The notes under the pieces are model-generated. The model saw only the letters and a program-made list of their open reading frames with translations. It did no database searches and was not told the DNA's origin. Shown piece after piece: positions 46,984-55,282 of a stretch of DNA of 64,000 nt (position 1 is its first letter; every line of letters starts with the position of its first letter). The position numbers and the translations under genes are program-made. The DNA is from Candidatus Marinacidobacterales bacterium. Lineage in GTDB: Bacteria; Acidobacteriota; Vicinamibacteria; Marinacidobacterales; DATDRI01. Location: assembly GCA_965226495.1 (NCBI GenBank), contig OZ245365.1, positions 416,001-480,000 of the forward strand, given 5' to 3'.

Positions 46984-47418
46984 ATGATGACGGGCGTCGT
47001 GAGCGCCGAGCAGGCTGTTCTGGAGGCAAATCAGCGCTTCTATCAGGCTTTGAGCGAGCTGGATACGGAAGCGATGGAGCAGATATGGCTACACGAGCCC
47101 TGGGTCCGCTGCATCCACCCCGGTTGGCAGGTGCTGAGCGGCTGGGACGACGTATGGCAAAGCTGGAGGCAGATCTTCAGTAATACCTTGAGCCATCAGG
47201 TCGAAGCGAGCGACATTACAGTACGGCTCTTCGGTGAGCTCGCGTGGGTACTTTGTCTGGAGCGGATTATCGGCCGACCCGAATCGGGAAATCTCGTCTC
47301 GTTCGCGCAAGGGACCAACCTATTTGTGTCTACATCTGCCGGGTGGCGGATGGTGCTCCACCATGCGTCGATGGTGCCGGTTGGAATGCCGCCCGAGACG
47401 AGCACCACGGTCCACTGA
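46984..47418 (+). CDS. SnoaL-like/NTF2 family protein
   Basis: ANQRFYQA, CIHPGW, WRMVLHHAS. Confidence 0.88.
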   Translation: MMTGVVSAEQAVLEANQRFYQALSELDTEAMEQIWLHEPWVRCIHPGWQVLSGWDDVWQSWRQIFSNTLSHQVEASDITVRLFGELAWVLCLERIIGRPESGNLVSFAQGTNLFVSTSAGWRMVLHHASMVPVGMPPETSTTVH

Positions 47419-47443
47419 TACTGATACTGGACGCTAGGATGCC

Positions 47444-48811
47444 ATGGCTGAACACCACGTCGTAATCGGCGGCAACGCTGCCGGAATGACCGCGGCGTCC
47501 CGTGCAAAGCGACTCTCTCCGTCGCTCTCCATCACGGTTCTCGAATCGAGCCGCTATATCTCGTATAGCATCTGCGGTCTACCCTACTGGTTGGGGGGGC
47601 GCATCTCGCGCTTCGACGACCTCCTCCATTTTTCTCCGGAACGCCTTCAAAACGAGCGAGGGATATCGGCCCGGATCGAGACACGTGCGGTCGAGATTCT
47701 TCCTTCAAGACGCTCGGTGGTCGTCGAAGACCTGCGGAACGGCAAAAAGGAGATCCTGAAGTACGACAAGCTGTTGATAGCCACCGGATACAAGTCCACC
47801 CCGCCCGATATCGAAGGCCTAGACGCCTCCGGGGTCTTTACCGTCAGTCGAATCGAGCACGGAGAGGCCATCGGCCGGTGGCTCGATTCGGGGCGAGTGA
47901 AGCGAGCGGTTCTAATCGGAGGGGGCTACGTGGGTTTGGAGATGGCGGAGGCCTTCCGTGAGCGGGGGGTTGACGTCACGCTGGTAGAGAAATCGCCCGC
48001 CGTGTTCCCAGCCGTCGATCCCGACATGGCTGCGCCGCTGGAATCGGAGCTCGAGGCAAAAGGCGTCCGCGTCATGACCCGTCGCGCGGTGGGGCGCATC
48101 CTATCCCGTCCCGATGGCTCTGTGGAAGGAGTGGAGTTGGTCGGAAGTGGACACCGGCTGCCCGCCGATCTCGTGCTTGCAGACGTCGGCGTGGCGCCTC
48201 GAGTGGAGCTGATAGCGGGTTCGGGTATCCAGCTTGGAGCAAGTGGCGCGATCGCGGTCTCAGAGCGGATGGAGACGAATGTCTCGGCCGTATACGCGGC
48301 GGGGAATTGTGCAGAGGCGGTGAATCTTGTCACCGGCAGGCCAAGCTTCGGCCCGCTCGGAACGGTAGCTGCCAAACAGGGGCGCGTGGCGGGAGAGAAC
48401 ATGGCGGGCAGGGTGTCCTATTTCCGCGGGGCGGTGGGAACCACGGCGGTGAAGGTCTTCGGCCTTGTCGCCGCACGAACCGGTCTCACGACCGAGCAGG
48501 CAAAGCGAGAGGGGTATCGAGTCGTAGAGGCCCGGGTGGAAGGCCGTTTTAAAGCCTCCTATTTCGGAGCCGAACCATCGGTGGTCAAGGTACTCGCCGA
48601 TCCGGAAAGTCGCCGACTTCTGGGTGCCCAAATCGTAGGCAGCGATTTGGCTGCGGTGCGGATCGACGTCGTGGCGACGGCGCTCGCCGCAAAAATGACC
48701 GTGGACGAGGCCGCCCAGCTAGATCTCACCTACACACCGCCGGTGGGAACCCTTTGGAATCCGTTGCTGGTCGCAATGAACCTGCTACTGCGACGCCTGG
48801 ACGAGCGCTAG
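47444..48811 (+). CDS. CoA-disulfide reductase / NADH oxidase family flavoprotein
   Basis: GGNAAGMTAA, SYSICGLPY redox Cys, GGGYVGLE, DLTYTPP. Confidence 0.92.
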   Translation: MAEHHVVIGGNAAGMTAASRAKRLSPSLSITVLESSRYISYSICGLPYWLGGRISRFDDLLHFSPERLQNERGISARIETRAVEILPSRRSVVVEDLRNGKKEILKYDKLLIATGYKSTPPDIEGLDASGVFTVSRIEHGEAIGRWLDSGRVKRAVLIGGGYVGLEMAEAFRERGVDVTLVEKSPAVFPAVDPDMAAPLESELEAKGVRVMTRRAVGRILSRPDGSVEGVELVGSGHRLPADLVLADVGVAPRVELIAGSGIQLGASGAIAVSERMETNVSAVYAAGNCAEAVNLVTGRPSFGPLGTVAAKQGRVAGENMAGRVSYFRGAVGTTAVKVFGLVAARTGLTTEQAKREGYRVVEARVEGRFKASYFGAEPSVVKVLADPESRRLLGAQIVGSDLAAVRIDVVATALAAKMTVDEAAQLDLTYTPPVGTLWNPLLVAMNLLLRRLDER

Positions 48812-48893
48812 GGCCCGAAGGACTTGCAAAGACACTCCCCGAATTAGAAAGGATTACCTAGATCTCTGTGGCGAGGTGGAAGTACGGTGACGG

Positions 48894-49412
48894 CTAGCGG
48901 ATGCCTTGAGACCGAGCAAGAGTCGGCTGCTCTCCCGGAAACTCCCTAACGTCCTCTTCCAGTGGCAGGGTGTGCCGATTGATGGGGGAGGACAGCACGA
49001 TGGTCGTCTTGGTGCGTAGTGTACCCGGTATGTCTCTGATCCTTTGCAGGAGCAACTCGAGCGTTCGAGGGTTCTTCGTAATGACCCGAGCCATGTAGGT
49101 TTCCTCCCCCGCAACACTGAAACACTCTTGAACCTCCGAGATACCAGCGAGTCTTCCTTCATATTCACGCGAAGGGACACTACCGCTTGTGGTGATGCTG
49201 ACGAAGGCACTGATCTCGTATCCCAGGGTGGAAGGATTGACCGAAGCGGAGTAACCCTCGATGATTCCAGTGCGTTCGAGCTTCTTGACTCTGTCGTGAA
49301 CGGTAGGAGCGGTTAAGCCAACCTGTGCCGCCAGCTCTGCGAACGTACTTCGTCCTTTGGAGAGGAGCGCTTTGAGAATCTGTCTATCGATAAAGTCAAT
49401 AGGCGGGTTCAT
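48894..49412 (-). CDS. Lrp/AsnC family transcriptional regulator
   Basis: DRQILKAL...ELAAQVGLTAPTVHDRVKKLE, ECFSVAGE. Confidence 0.92.
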   Translation of the reverse strand: MNPPIDFIDRQILKALLSKGRSTFAELAAQVGLTAPTVHDRVKKLERTGIIEGYSASVNPSTLGYEISAFVSITTSGSVPSREYEGRLAGISEVQECFSVAGEETYMARVITKNPRTLELLLQRIRDIPGTLRTKTTIVLSSPINRHTLPLEEDVREFPGEQPTLARSQGIR

Positions 49413-49623
49413 GGAATTCCACAACCGAAAAGAGGAGGCAATCCTAGCCGCTCCATGTCTATGAGTCAACCCCGGAACCCAAAAAAATCCAGTCGGTCGG
49501 AAAGGCGATCGAGAGGTGGGGAAGAGTGAAGCATCTGCAACTCTCGGGCCACAAAGTCGGCCCTGATGACGCAAGGGTCGGCCGAGGTTCGGAAGAGAAA
49601 GATAGACTGCTTGGACTTAGTGC

Positions 49624-49950
49624 TTATGCGGCCGCGTGGCTGTGCTTCTTGAGCATCCTCTTGTATTTTTTTATTCTCATTCTGAGGTCGGAGAGTGTTT
49701 CGTGATTACGATCGGCAAGCGCCTGCTTGCGCTTGGCCTGAAGTTCCTTGAGGCGGCCCTTGATCGAGGGTTTGTCAATCCCCTCGACCGCCTTGACCTC
49801 GGCTTGCGGGCGTTCGATTTCGAGTTTCTGGCACAAGGCGTCGATCAGCTGCGGTTTTTTCATGCTGGAGACGTCTTTTAGGTCCTCGAACTTCGCAGCT
49901 TCCTCACGAAGATTGGCGACTGTCATCTTTTCCAGGTCTTTGAACTCCAT
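49624..49950 (-). CDS. Small basic protein with Rho-N-terminal-like helical domain
   Basis: LEKMTVANLREEA...MKKPQLIDAL; GGAGG RBS. Confidence 0.7.
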   Translation of the reverse strand: MEFKDLEKMTVANLREEAAKFEDLKDVSSMKKPQLIDALCQKLEIERPQAEVKAVEGIDKPSIKGRLKELQAKRKQALADRNHETLSDLRMRIKKYKRMLKKHSHAAA

Positions 49951-49996
49951 TGAGCCTCCATTAATTAATGCTCGCTCGCCTCGTTCATCCAATAGT

Positions 49997-50078
49997 GCGA
50001 TGGGGCCCCACCCCCATCGCTAGTCGCTTCGCCCCTTCGCGCTCCGCGACAGCTGAGGGCTCATCGCTCGCAGCCCTC
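49997..50078. repeat. Structured REP-like element (GGGGCCCCACCCCC hairpin + CAGCTGAGGGCTC)
   Basis: GCGATGGGG-ccccac-CCCCATCGC perfect stem; motifs recur at 58781 and 60445-60533. Confidence 0.75.
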
Positions 50079-50228
50079 GCTCTTCAATCAATGGTGCGGG
50101 GCTGCGCTCGGGCCAAAAAACATAGCTGTTGCACCTTACAAATGCCACAATTTGGGCCCGACATGCAAGTCCCGTGCGGAGGATGTACTCTATGGGTTGG
50201 CGATGGACACTATTTGCGGAGGCGATCG

Positions 50229-50852
50229 ATGAGCTTTCTCCTTTCTTTCATGCTTTTCCTGGCAGCCCCACCGACTCCGACGGCATCGAGCGCGGAGGAG
50301 GCCGGCAAAACAACTATCTTGGTGGCCTACTACTCCGAAACCGGGAATACCGAGTCGCTGGCTAAGGCAATCGTGGAGGGGATCTCCTCGGTTCCAACTG
50401 CCGAGCCCATTTTGCGGAACGTTTCTGAGGTGAAGGACGAGGACATTCGGAAGGCGGACGGCATTCTCGTGGGCACCCCGGTCCAATGGGGCGGTCTCAG
50501 TGCCCGTGCCAAGGACTTTGTGGATCGAGTGGGTCGCGTATTGGGTGAAGGCGAGGGACAACACGGGGAAGGGCGAACGGCGGGCGCGTTCTGCACCGGG
50601 GGAGCTGTGGCGTCGGGCAAAGAGCTCGCTAGAATGGCGATCCTAGCCGCCTTTATGAACATGCGTTTTGTCGCGGTCGGAGGTCTCCTCGCGGACGGGT
50701 TAGGCAGCCTCGGCGCGGAAGCCACTACCGGGCCCGCCGATCCGGGACTTTCGGAGAAAGAGTTGGGGGAGGCGCGCCTGGCTGGCGAACGCTTTGCTCG
50801 GATTACACAGGGGTTTCGGAAAGCGCGGGCCCTTAGCCCAACACCAAACTAA
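50229..50852 (+). CDS. WrbA/flavodoxin family protein with hydrophobic N-terminus
   Basis: YYSETGNTESLA, ADGILVGTPV, AGAFCTGG; GGAGG RBS before ATG 50229. Confidence 0.85.
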   Translation: MSFLLSFMLFLAAPPTPTASSAEEAGKTTILVAYYSETGNTESLAKAIVEGISSVPTAEPILRNVSEVKDEDIRKADGILVGTPVQWGGLSARAKDFVDRVGRVLGEGEGQHGEGRTAGAFCTGGAVASGKELARMAILAAFMNMRFVAVGGLLADGLGSLGAEATTGPADPGLSEKELGEARLAGERFARITQGFRKARALSPTPN

Positions 50853-51030
50853 CGACCCCGGCAAGGAGTGCCGCAAGCGGAAGTGTCAGGACCCAGGACG
50901 CCACGACTTGCCGGATAACCCCGACGTCGGCTTGCGCCGTGATGAGGCCGATTCCGGGTAGAGCTCCGCAAGGCACGGGAAACCCGAGGAGGGTCGCCAA
51001 GAAAACAGTGAGAGCGGCTCTGCGGATGAG
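50833..51030 (-). pseudogene. C-terminal remnant of a PiT-family phosphate/anion transporter
   Basis: AALTVFLATLLGFPV-PCGALPGIG...VVASWVLTLPLAALLAG matches the PiT C-terminal repeat with the PVSTTH signature eroded. Confidence 0.6.
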
Positions 51031-51049
51031 AGTCGCGAAGCTCGCGAGC

Positions 51050-52213
51050 TCAACAACAGTCTCCATCCGGGCCACAGTACGGCGCGTCGGTCGTCTCGGT
51101 GACGTTATACTCCGTGCCCTTGGTCTCCTTCGGGTGTCGTACGGCGTCTTTCCGACAATTGAACGGAGCCGCTTCCGATAGGGGAGTGTCCTCGTAGGGT
51201 TCCAGCGGCTCGATCGTGCCGCGGTAGGGCTCTGAGCTATAGATGTGAAAGGTCTTGTCGCAAACCGCCATGCGCTGGCCTCGGAACAGAGTGTGGCCGT
51301 CGTCGTCGGTCACGCTGCGCCAGGGTCCCTTATAGATGACAGCCTGGTGGCGTTCGAGGCACGGACCTTCCTTTCCCTTGAAGGCTTCGACGGTCACGGC
51401 GCGGAACTCGATCCCCTCTATCGTTTGCCACGGCGTCTCGTCGCGTTTCAATACTTGGATTCCGTAGAATCCGGCTTCTTGAAAAGCGGTCAGGAAGTGA
51501 TCCTCCCGAAAGGCCCCGGACAGACAGCCGCTCCATAGCTCCGCATCAGCCTGAAGGTGAGCTGGCACGTCCTCGTCGCTCACGATGTCCGAGATCACAA
51601 CGCGACCGCCTTTCCTGAGGACACGATGCATTTCTCGAAAGAGCTCGGTCTTGTCCTCGGGCCGGACTAGATTCAGCACGCAGTTGCTCACCACCACGTC
51701 GGTCGACGCCGTGGGGACCATCGGGTGGTTTCGTCGTTGGTCCTCCTTCCAGCTCTCTAGAGCTTCGAGCTCATTCGCAGTTGTGACGGGGTGCTCGGCC
51801 AGGTAGTGCTCGAGCTTTTCATAGTCTAGGGCGAGGTCTTGAATCTTGCCTTTGTGAAAGGCGACGTTGTGATAGCCGAGCCGATCGCCGATCTCCTGAC
51901 GATAGCGTCGCGCCAGGTCGAGCATCTCGTCGTTCATGTCAACGCCGATGACCTTGCCCTCCGTTCCGACAACTTGGGCGGCGATGTAACAAACTTTGCC
52001 TCCGCCGCTTCCAAGGTCGAGGACCGTCTCGCCCGGGCGAAGGTGCTTGGAGGGGTCTCCGCATCCGTAGTCGCGCTCTAAGATCTCCTTGGGGAGAGCA
52101 TCGAGATACTGTTCTGCGTATTCCACAGGGCAGCAAAGGGCGTCTTCTTTTGCGGAAGCCGCCCTCGAGTAACGGTCTTTGACGGCGTGTTCGACGTTGG
52201 AACTGTCAGCCAT
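51050..52213 (-). CDS. ArsM/AS3MT-like arsenite S-adenosylmethionine methyltransferase (extended)
   Basis: LCCPV, DYGCGDP, VLDLGSGGG, SNCVLNL, WSGCLSGA; Cys-rich tail CGPDGDCC. Confidence 0.85.
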   Translation of the reverse strand: MADSSNVEHAVKDRYSRAASAKEDALCCPVEYAEQYLDALPKEILERDYGCGDPSKHLRPGETVLDLGSGGGKVCYIAAQVVGTEGKVIGVDMNDEMLDLARRYRQEIGDRLGYHNVAFHKGKIQDLALDYEKLEHYLAEHPVTTANELEALESWKEDQRRNHPMVPTASTDVVVSNCVLNLVRPEDKTELFREMHRVLRKGGRVVISDIVSDEDVPAHLQADAELWSGCLSGAFREDHFLTAFQEAGFYGIQVLKRDETPWQTIEGIEFRAVTVEAFKGKEGPCLERHQAVIYKGPWRSVTDDDGHTLFRGQRMAVCDKTFHIYSSEPYRGTIEPLEPYEDTPLSEAAPFNCRKDAVRHPKETKGTEYNVTETTDAPYCGPDGDCC

Positions 52214-52249
52214 GGGCTTCGTCTCCTATTATCCCGTCTGATGTTTTTC

Positions 52250-53062
52250 CTAGAACTTGCCTCGTTTACGTTCCTTTGAGGGCAAAATCTCCAGACACGT
52301 CGTCCACCATCCGGTGAGGACGGTGTCGATGAACTCCTGAGGTAGTCCCTCGCTATTCATTTCTTGGGCGAGACTGCGGTAGTCGTATTCGAGCGGCACG
52401 AACTCGACGGACAACCCTTTCCGGCTCTTCTGGCCCTTCCGTGCATCCAGTATCGTGTACCAAACATGCGTATTACCGTCGTTCTCCGGCCGCCCGATGA
52501 CCCCGACATTGACGACGTGTCGGTCTCCCGGAACTTCGCGCTTCCAGTGAATGCCGGTATGGGTCGTGAGCACGACATCCGCCTCATGTTCTTGGAGCAG
52601 ACGGTCCAGAAAGTGAGTGGGTGTCGTCGACTCCCATAGAAACTCGTTCATCTTGCGTGGTGAGCCGTGGCTCATCAGAAGACGATGGCTACCCAGTTGG
52701 ATACGAAAAGACTTTGGTAGTCCACGCATCCACACTTTCCAGCGGTCGGAGGTGTTGGAGAACGTGTAGTCATAAGAGATTTTGGCGAAGTAGTTGTCGC
52801 GGGGATCGACATAGCCACATTGGCAGTCGGCGAGCCCCTCTCCGATCGAGTTGTCATAGTTGCCCTGCATCACCTGGACGCCGGCGTCCAACAGAATCGG
52901 AAACACTTTGTCCGGGTTGGGGCCGAAGGCGCCGAGGTCGCCCTGACAGAAGATCGCCTCCACTCCTCGCCGCCGCGCGTCGTTCACCGCTGCCTCGAGC
53001 GCGAGGTGGTTGCTATAGACGCCGCCGATGGCAGCGATCCTTTCGTAGCGCTCAAGAGACAT
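52250..53062 (-). CDS. Calcineurin-like metallophosphoesterase, atypical motifs
   Basis: GGVYSN, GDLGAFG, GNYD, SHGSP, THTG, NVGVIG. Confidence 0.85.
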   Translation of the reverse strand: MSLERYERIAAIGGVYSNHLALEAAVNDARRRGVEAIFCQGDLGAFGPNPDKVFPILLDAGVQVMQGNYDNSIGEGLADCQCGYVDPRDNYFAKISYDYTFSNTSDRWKVWMRGLPKSFRIQLGSHRLLMSHGSPRKMNEFLWESTTPTHFLDRLLQEHEADVVLTTHTGIHWKREVPGDRHVVNVGVIGRPENDGNTHVWYTILDARKGQKSRKGLSVEFVPLEYDYRSLAQEMNSEGLPQEFIDTVLTGWWTTCLEILPSKERKRGKF

Positions 53063-53957
53063 CGCGGCCTCCGGAGCTCAGATTGCTGCAGATGGCCCCT
53101 CCCACGTAACAGGTGTAACAGGCACTGTGCTTGAGAGGGTAGGGTTCGGCCGATTCGGCCAGCGTGGATCCCATCCTCGCGTCCGGCGAATCGATGAGGA
53201 TCGGGCAGACGTAGACGCCTCGGTCGGTGGCGACCCGACTGTGGGAGCAGATGAGTTGGGAGGCGTCGAAACCCAACATCATGTCTGATGTCACCCGTTC
53301 CGTATCGGTGTAGGCACGCGACCTCTCTTCTTCGGCGCCGATGCGTAAGGTCGGGATGATCTTGATGCGGGGACGAGAGTAGCCTTCCGCCTTTAGTATT
53401 TCGACGAAACGTTGAAACACTTCGTCGTCCCGACCGTCTTCCCAAGTCTGGGCCACTGTGATGATGGGGAGGAACCCATGGGTCAGTAGGAGCCGAACGC
53501 CGTCCATGGCTTTGCGAAAGGTTCCTGCCCCTCGGATGGGATCGTTCATCTCCGGGGAGTACCCATCGATGCTGACGCGAAACTCGAGCGAATAGGGCGA
53601 TATCGCCTCCGCCGCAGCGAGACGCTCCACCTGCTTGGGCTTCATCACGGTGGCGTTGGTGAGGACGGTCGCGGGGCCGATCGAAAGCGTGGCTTCGAGG
53701 ACCTCGACCATGTGGGGATGGATGAACGGCTCCCCGCCTGTGAAGTAGTACTCCTTGACCCCCAGCGATTTCGATTCCTCGAGGAGGCTCTCGATGGCTC
53801 CGAGGTCCATGAGCTCGAACGCGTGGTTGGTCGGGCTACAGGAGATGAAGCAATGGGCGCAGGTCAGGTTGCAGAGCGTTCCCGATACCTGAAACCAGAG
53901 GTCGTCGAGCGCACTCAAGGCGACTCGCGGGGGAGCTTCGGCGGTCCGGGTCGTCAT
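53052..53957 (-). CDS. Radical SAM enzyme
   Basis: CNLTCAHC, FTGGEPF, RVSIDG; additional C-terminal Cys cluster. Confidence 0.92.
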   Translation of the reverse strand: MTTRTAEAPPRVALSALDDLWFQVSGTLCNLTCAHCFISCSPTNHAFELMDLGAIESLLEESKSLGVKEYYFTGGEPFIHPHMVEVLEATLSIGPATVLTNATVMKPKQVERLAAAEAISPYSLEFRVSIDGYSPEMNDPIRGAGTFRKAMDGVRLLLTHGFLPIITVAQTWEDGRDDEVFQRFVEILKAEGYSRPRIKIIPTLRIGAEEERSRAYTDTERVTSDMMLGFDASQLICSHSRVATDRGVYVCPILIDSPDARMGSTLAESAEPYPLKHSACYTCYVGGAICSNLSSGGRDVS

Positions 53958-55174
53958 GACGCGTACCGATCCACAGCAGATGTTTTTTCGATCGAGCTGA
54001 AGATCTCTCGAACTTGCTCGAGCCCGATCCGAATCAAGAAGTTGGAGTTCTTGCCATAGCTCTTCGAGCCGAGGACAAAGAAATTCGGTTCCGGGTTCGC
54101 AAGGACATCGGCCCGGTGGAATTCATTGGCAAGGCAATCCGCCGAGCTCGACCCGAGAAGAGCCGCCGAAAGCTTCATCGGGCCCATCGACGCATAACAC
54201 TCATGCATCTGGAGCTCCCGATAGATTCGGTTGTCCGGATGGTAACCCACGTAGGCCAAGATGCGATCGACCACGATCGTCTCTTGGCTTCGTGTCCCTA
54301 TGGAGCGAAGCTCGACCGCGAACGATTCTCCTCTGCGCGTCTTCCTCGTCAGGCGCTCGACGAGGGTGGCAGGATGGTACGCGACCCTAGGATTCCCGCC
54401 TTTGGCAAGCTCGTTGGCCTTCGCGGAAAGCCGAGCCCTTTCGGGAAGTGGATCATCCGGGAAGATGGGTAGGGGAGGCTTCTCGCCGGTTTGGGCAATC
54501 CACGTCACTGACGTGTTTGGCAATTGGGTGAGCGCATCGAGTGCCGTGGCGGCGGAGTGCCCGCTGCCGACGAGGAGAACTCGCCGCCCCGAGTACTGCT
54601 CGCGTTTCTCGCCCAAGAGGTCCTGCACGGTGTAGGCGATCTGCTCACGGAGCTCTATTTCGCCCAGAGCCGGGATGTTGCCGTTGCCCATCCAGTTGTG
54701 ATGGCCGTAGGTTCCGGAACAATCGATCACGATGTCTGCCTCGGCGATCTCTTCTCCTTGCTCCCGCTCGAGCAGAATGCGAAACGGATGGCGGTCCCGA
54801 GGACCACCGATCAGATCTTTCTTGCCGATACCGTCTCTCCCGACGTATAGCACTTCGACTCCCTCTCGAATGCAGTTTCTCAGCGGTTCGGTTTCGGCTA
54901 GGGGCCGAAGGTATCGCTCCACGTGCTGTCTTCCCGTCAGGTAGTCGTTCGGCCCGGGCAGAGGTCGGCCCGCTTCCCGAAGCGTCTTCGCTCCAAGCTC
55001 GGAGTGGTTGAGCTCCCAGCATGAGAAGAGGGTGATATGTCCCCATCGATTCATGTTCTCGCCGATGGTTCCTCGTTCGTATACCTGAACCCGATGACCG
55101 AGAGCCTGGCCGTGTAGGGCGGCTTCGAGGCCGACGGGGCCCGCGCCGATAATCGCAATACGTTTCCCGGGCAT
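53954..55174 (-). CDS. FAD/NAD(P)-dependent flavoprotein monooxygenase, ars-operon (ArsO/ArsV-like) type
   Basis: GAGPVG, DCSGTY, GSGHSA, EPNFFVLGSKSYG...FL...GLEQVR; GGAGGAG RBS. Confidence 0.8.
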   Translation of the reverse strand: MPGKRIAIIGAGPVGLEAALHGQALGHRVQVYERGTIGENMNRWGHITLFSCWELNHSELGAKTLREAGRPLPGPNDYLTGRQHVERYLRPLAETEPLRNCIREGVEVLYVGRDGIGKKDLIGGPRDRHPFRILLEREQGEEIAEADIVIDCSGTYGHHNWMGNGNIPALGEIELREQIAYTVQDLLGEKREQYSGRRVLLVGSGHSAATALDALTQLPNTSVTWIAQTGEKPPLPIFPDDPLPERARLSAKANELAKGGNPRVAYHPATLVERLTRKTRRGESFAVELRSIGTRSQETIVVDRILAYVGYHPDNRIYRELQMHECYASMGPMKLSAALLGSSSADCLANEFHRADVLANPEPNFFVLGSKSYGKNSNFLIRIGLEQVREIFSSIEKTSAVDRYAS

Positions 55175-55231
55175 AAACTCCTCCCCGCACAAGGCGGGAA
55201 TTATAAATAGAGTGGAGATCTAAGACGGACT

Positions 55232-55273
55232 GCCCGCCTTCGCTTGGGTTAAGGGGCTGTAGCTTCGGCGGGC
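55232..55273. repeat. REP-like hairpin in the DUF2064-flavoprotein spacer
   Basis: GCCCGCC(TTCGC)...(GCTTC)GGCGGGC inverted repeat. Confidence 0.6.
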
Positions 55274-55282
55274 TGGGGCCGT

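Noticed and set aside
49556-49602. CTGATGA...GAAA as a hammerhead ribozyme
   Set aside because: No stem II closes between the two core motifs and no matching stem III or cleavage triplet was found.
49968-50228. Long N-terminal extension of the flavodoxin ORF
   Set aside because: It runs through a repeat element, and a clear GGAGG RBS precedes ATG 50229.
51024-51058. Cys-Cys-UGA end of the methyltransferase followed by a small hairpin, as a possible selenocysteine codon/SECIS
   Set aside because: The read-through frame is not protein-like, a terminal CC is normal for ArsM-type proteins, and the downstream DNA is better explained as the PiT remnant in another frame.
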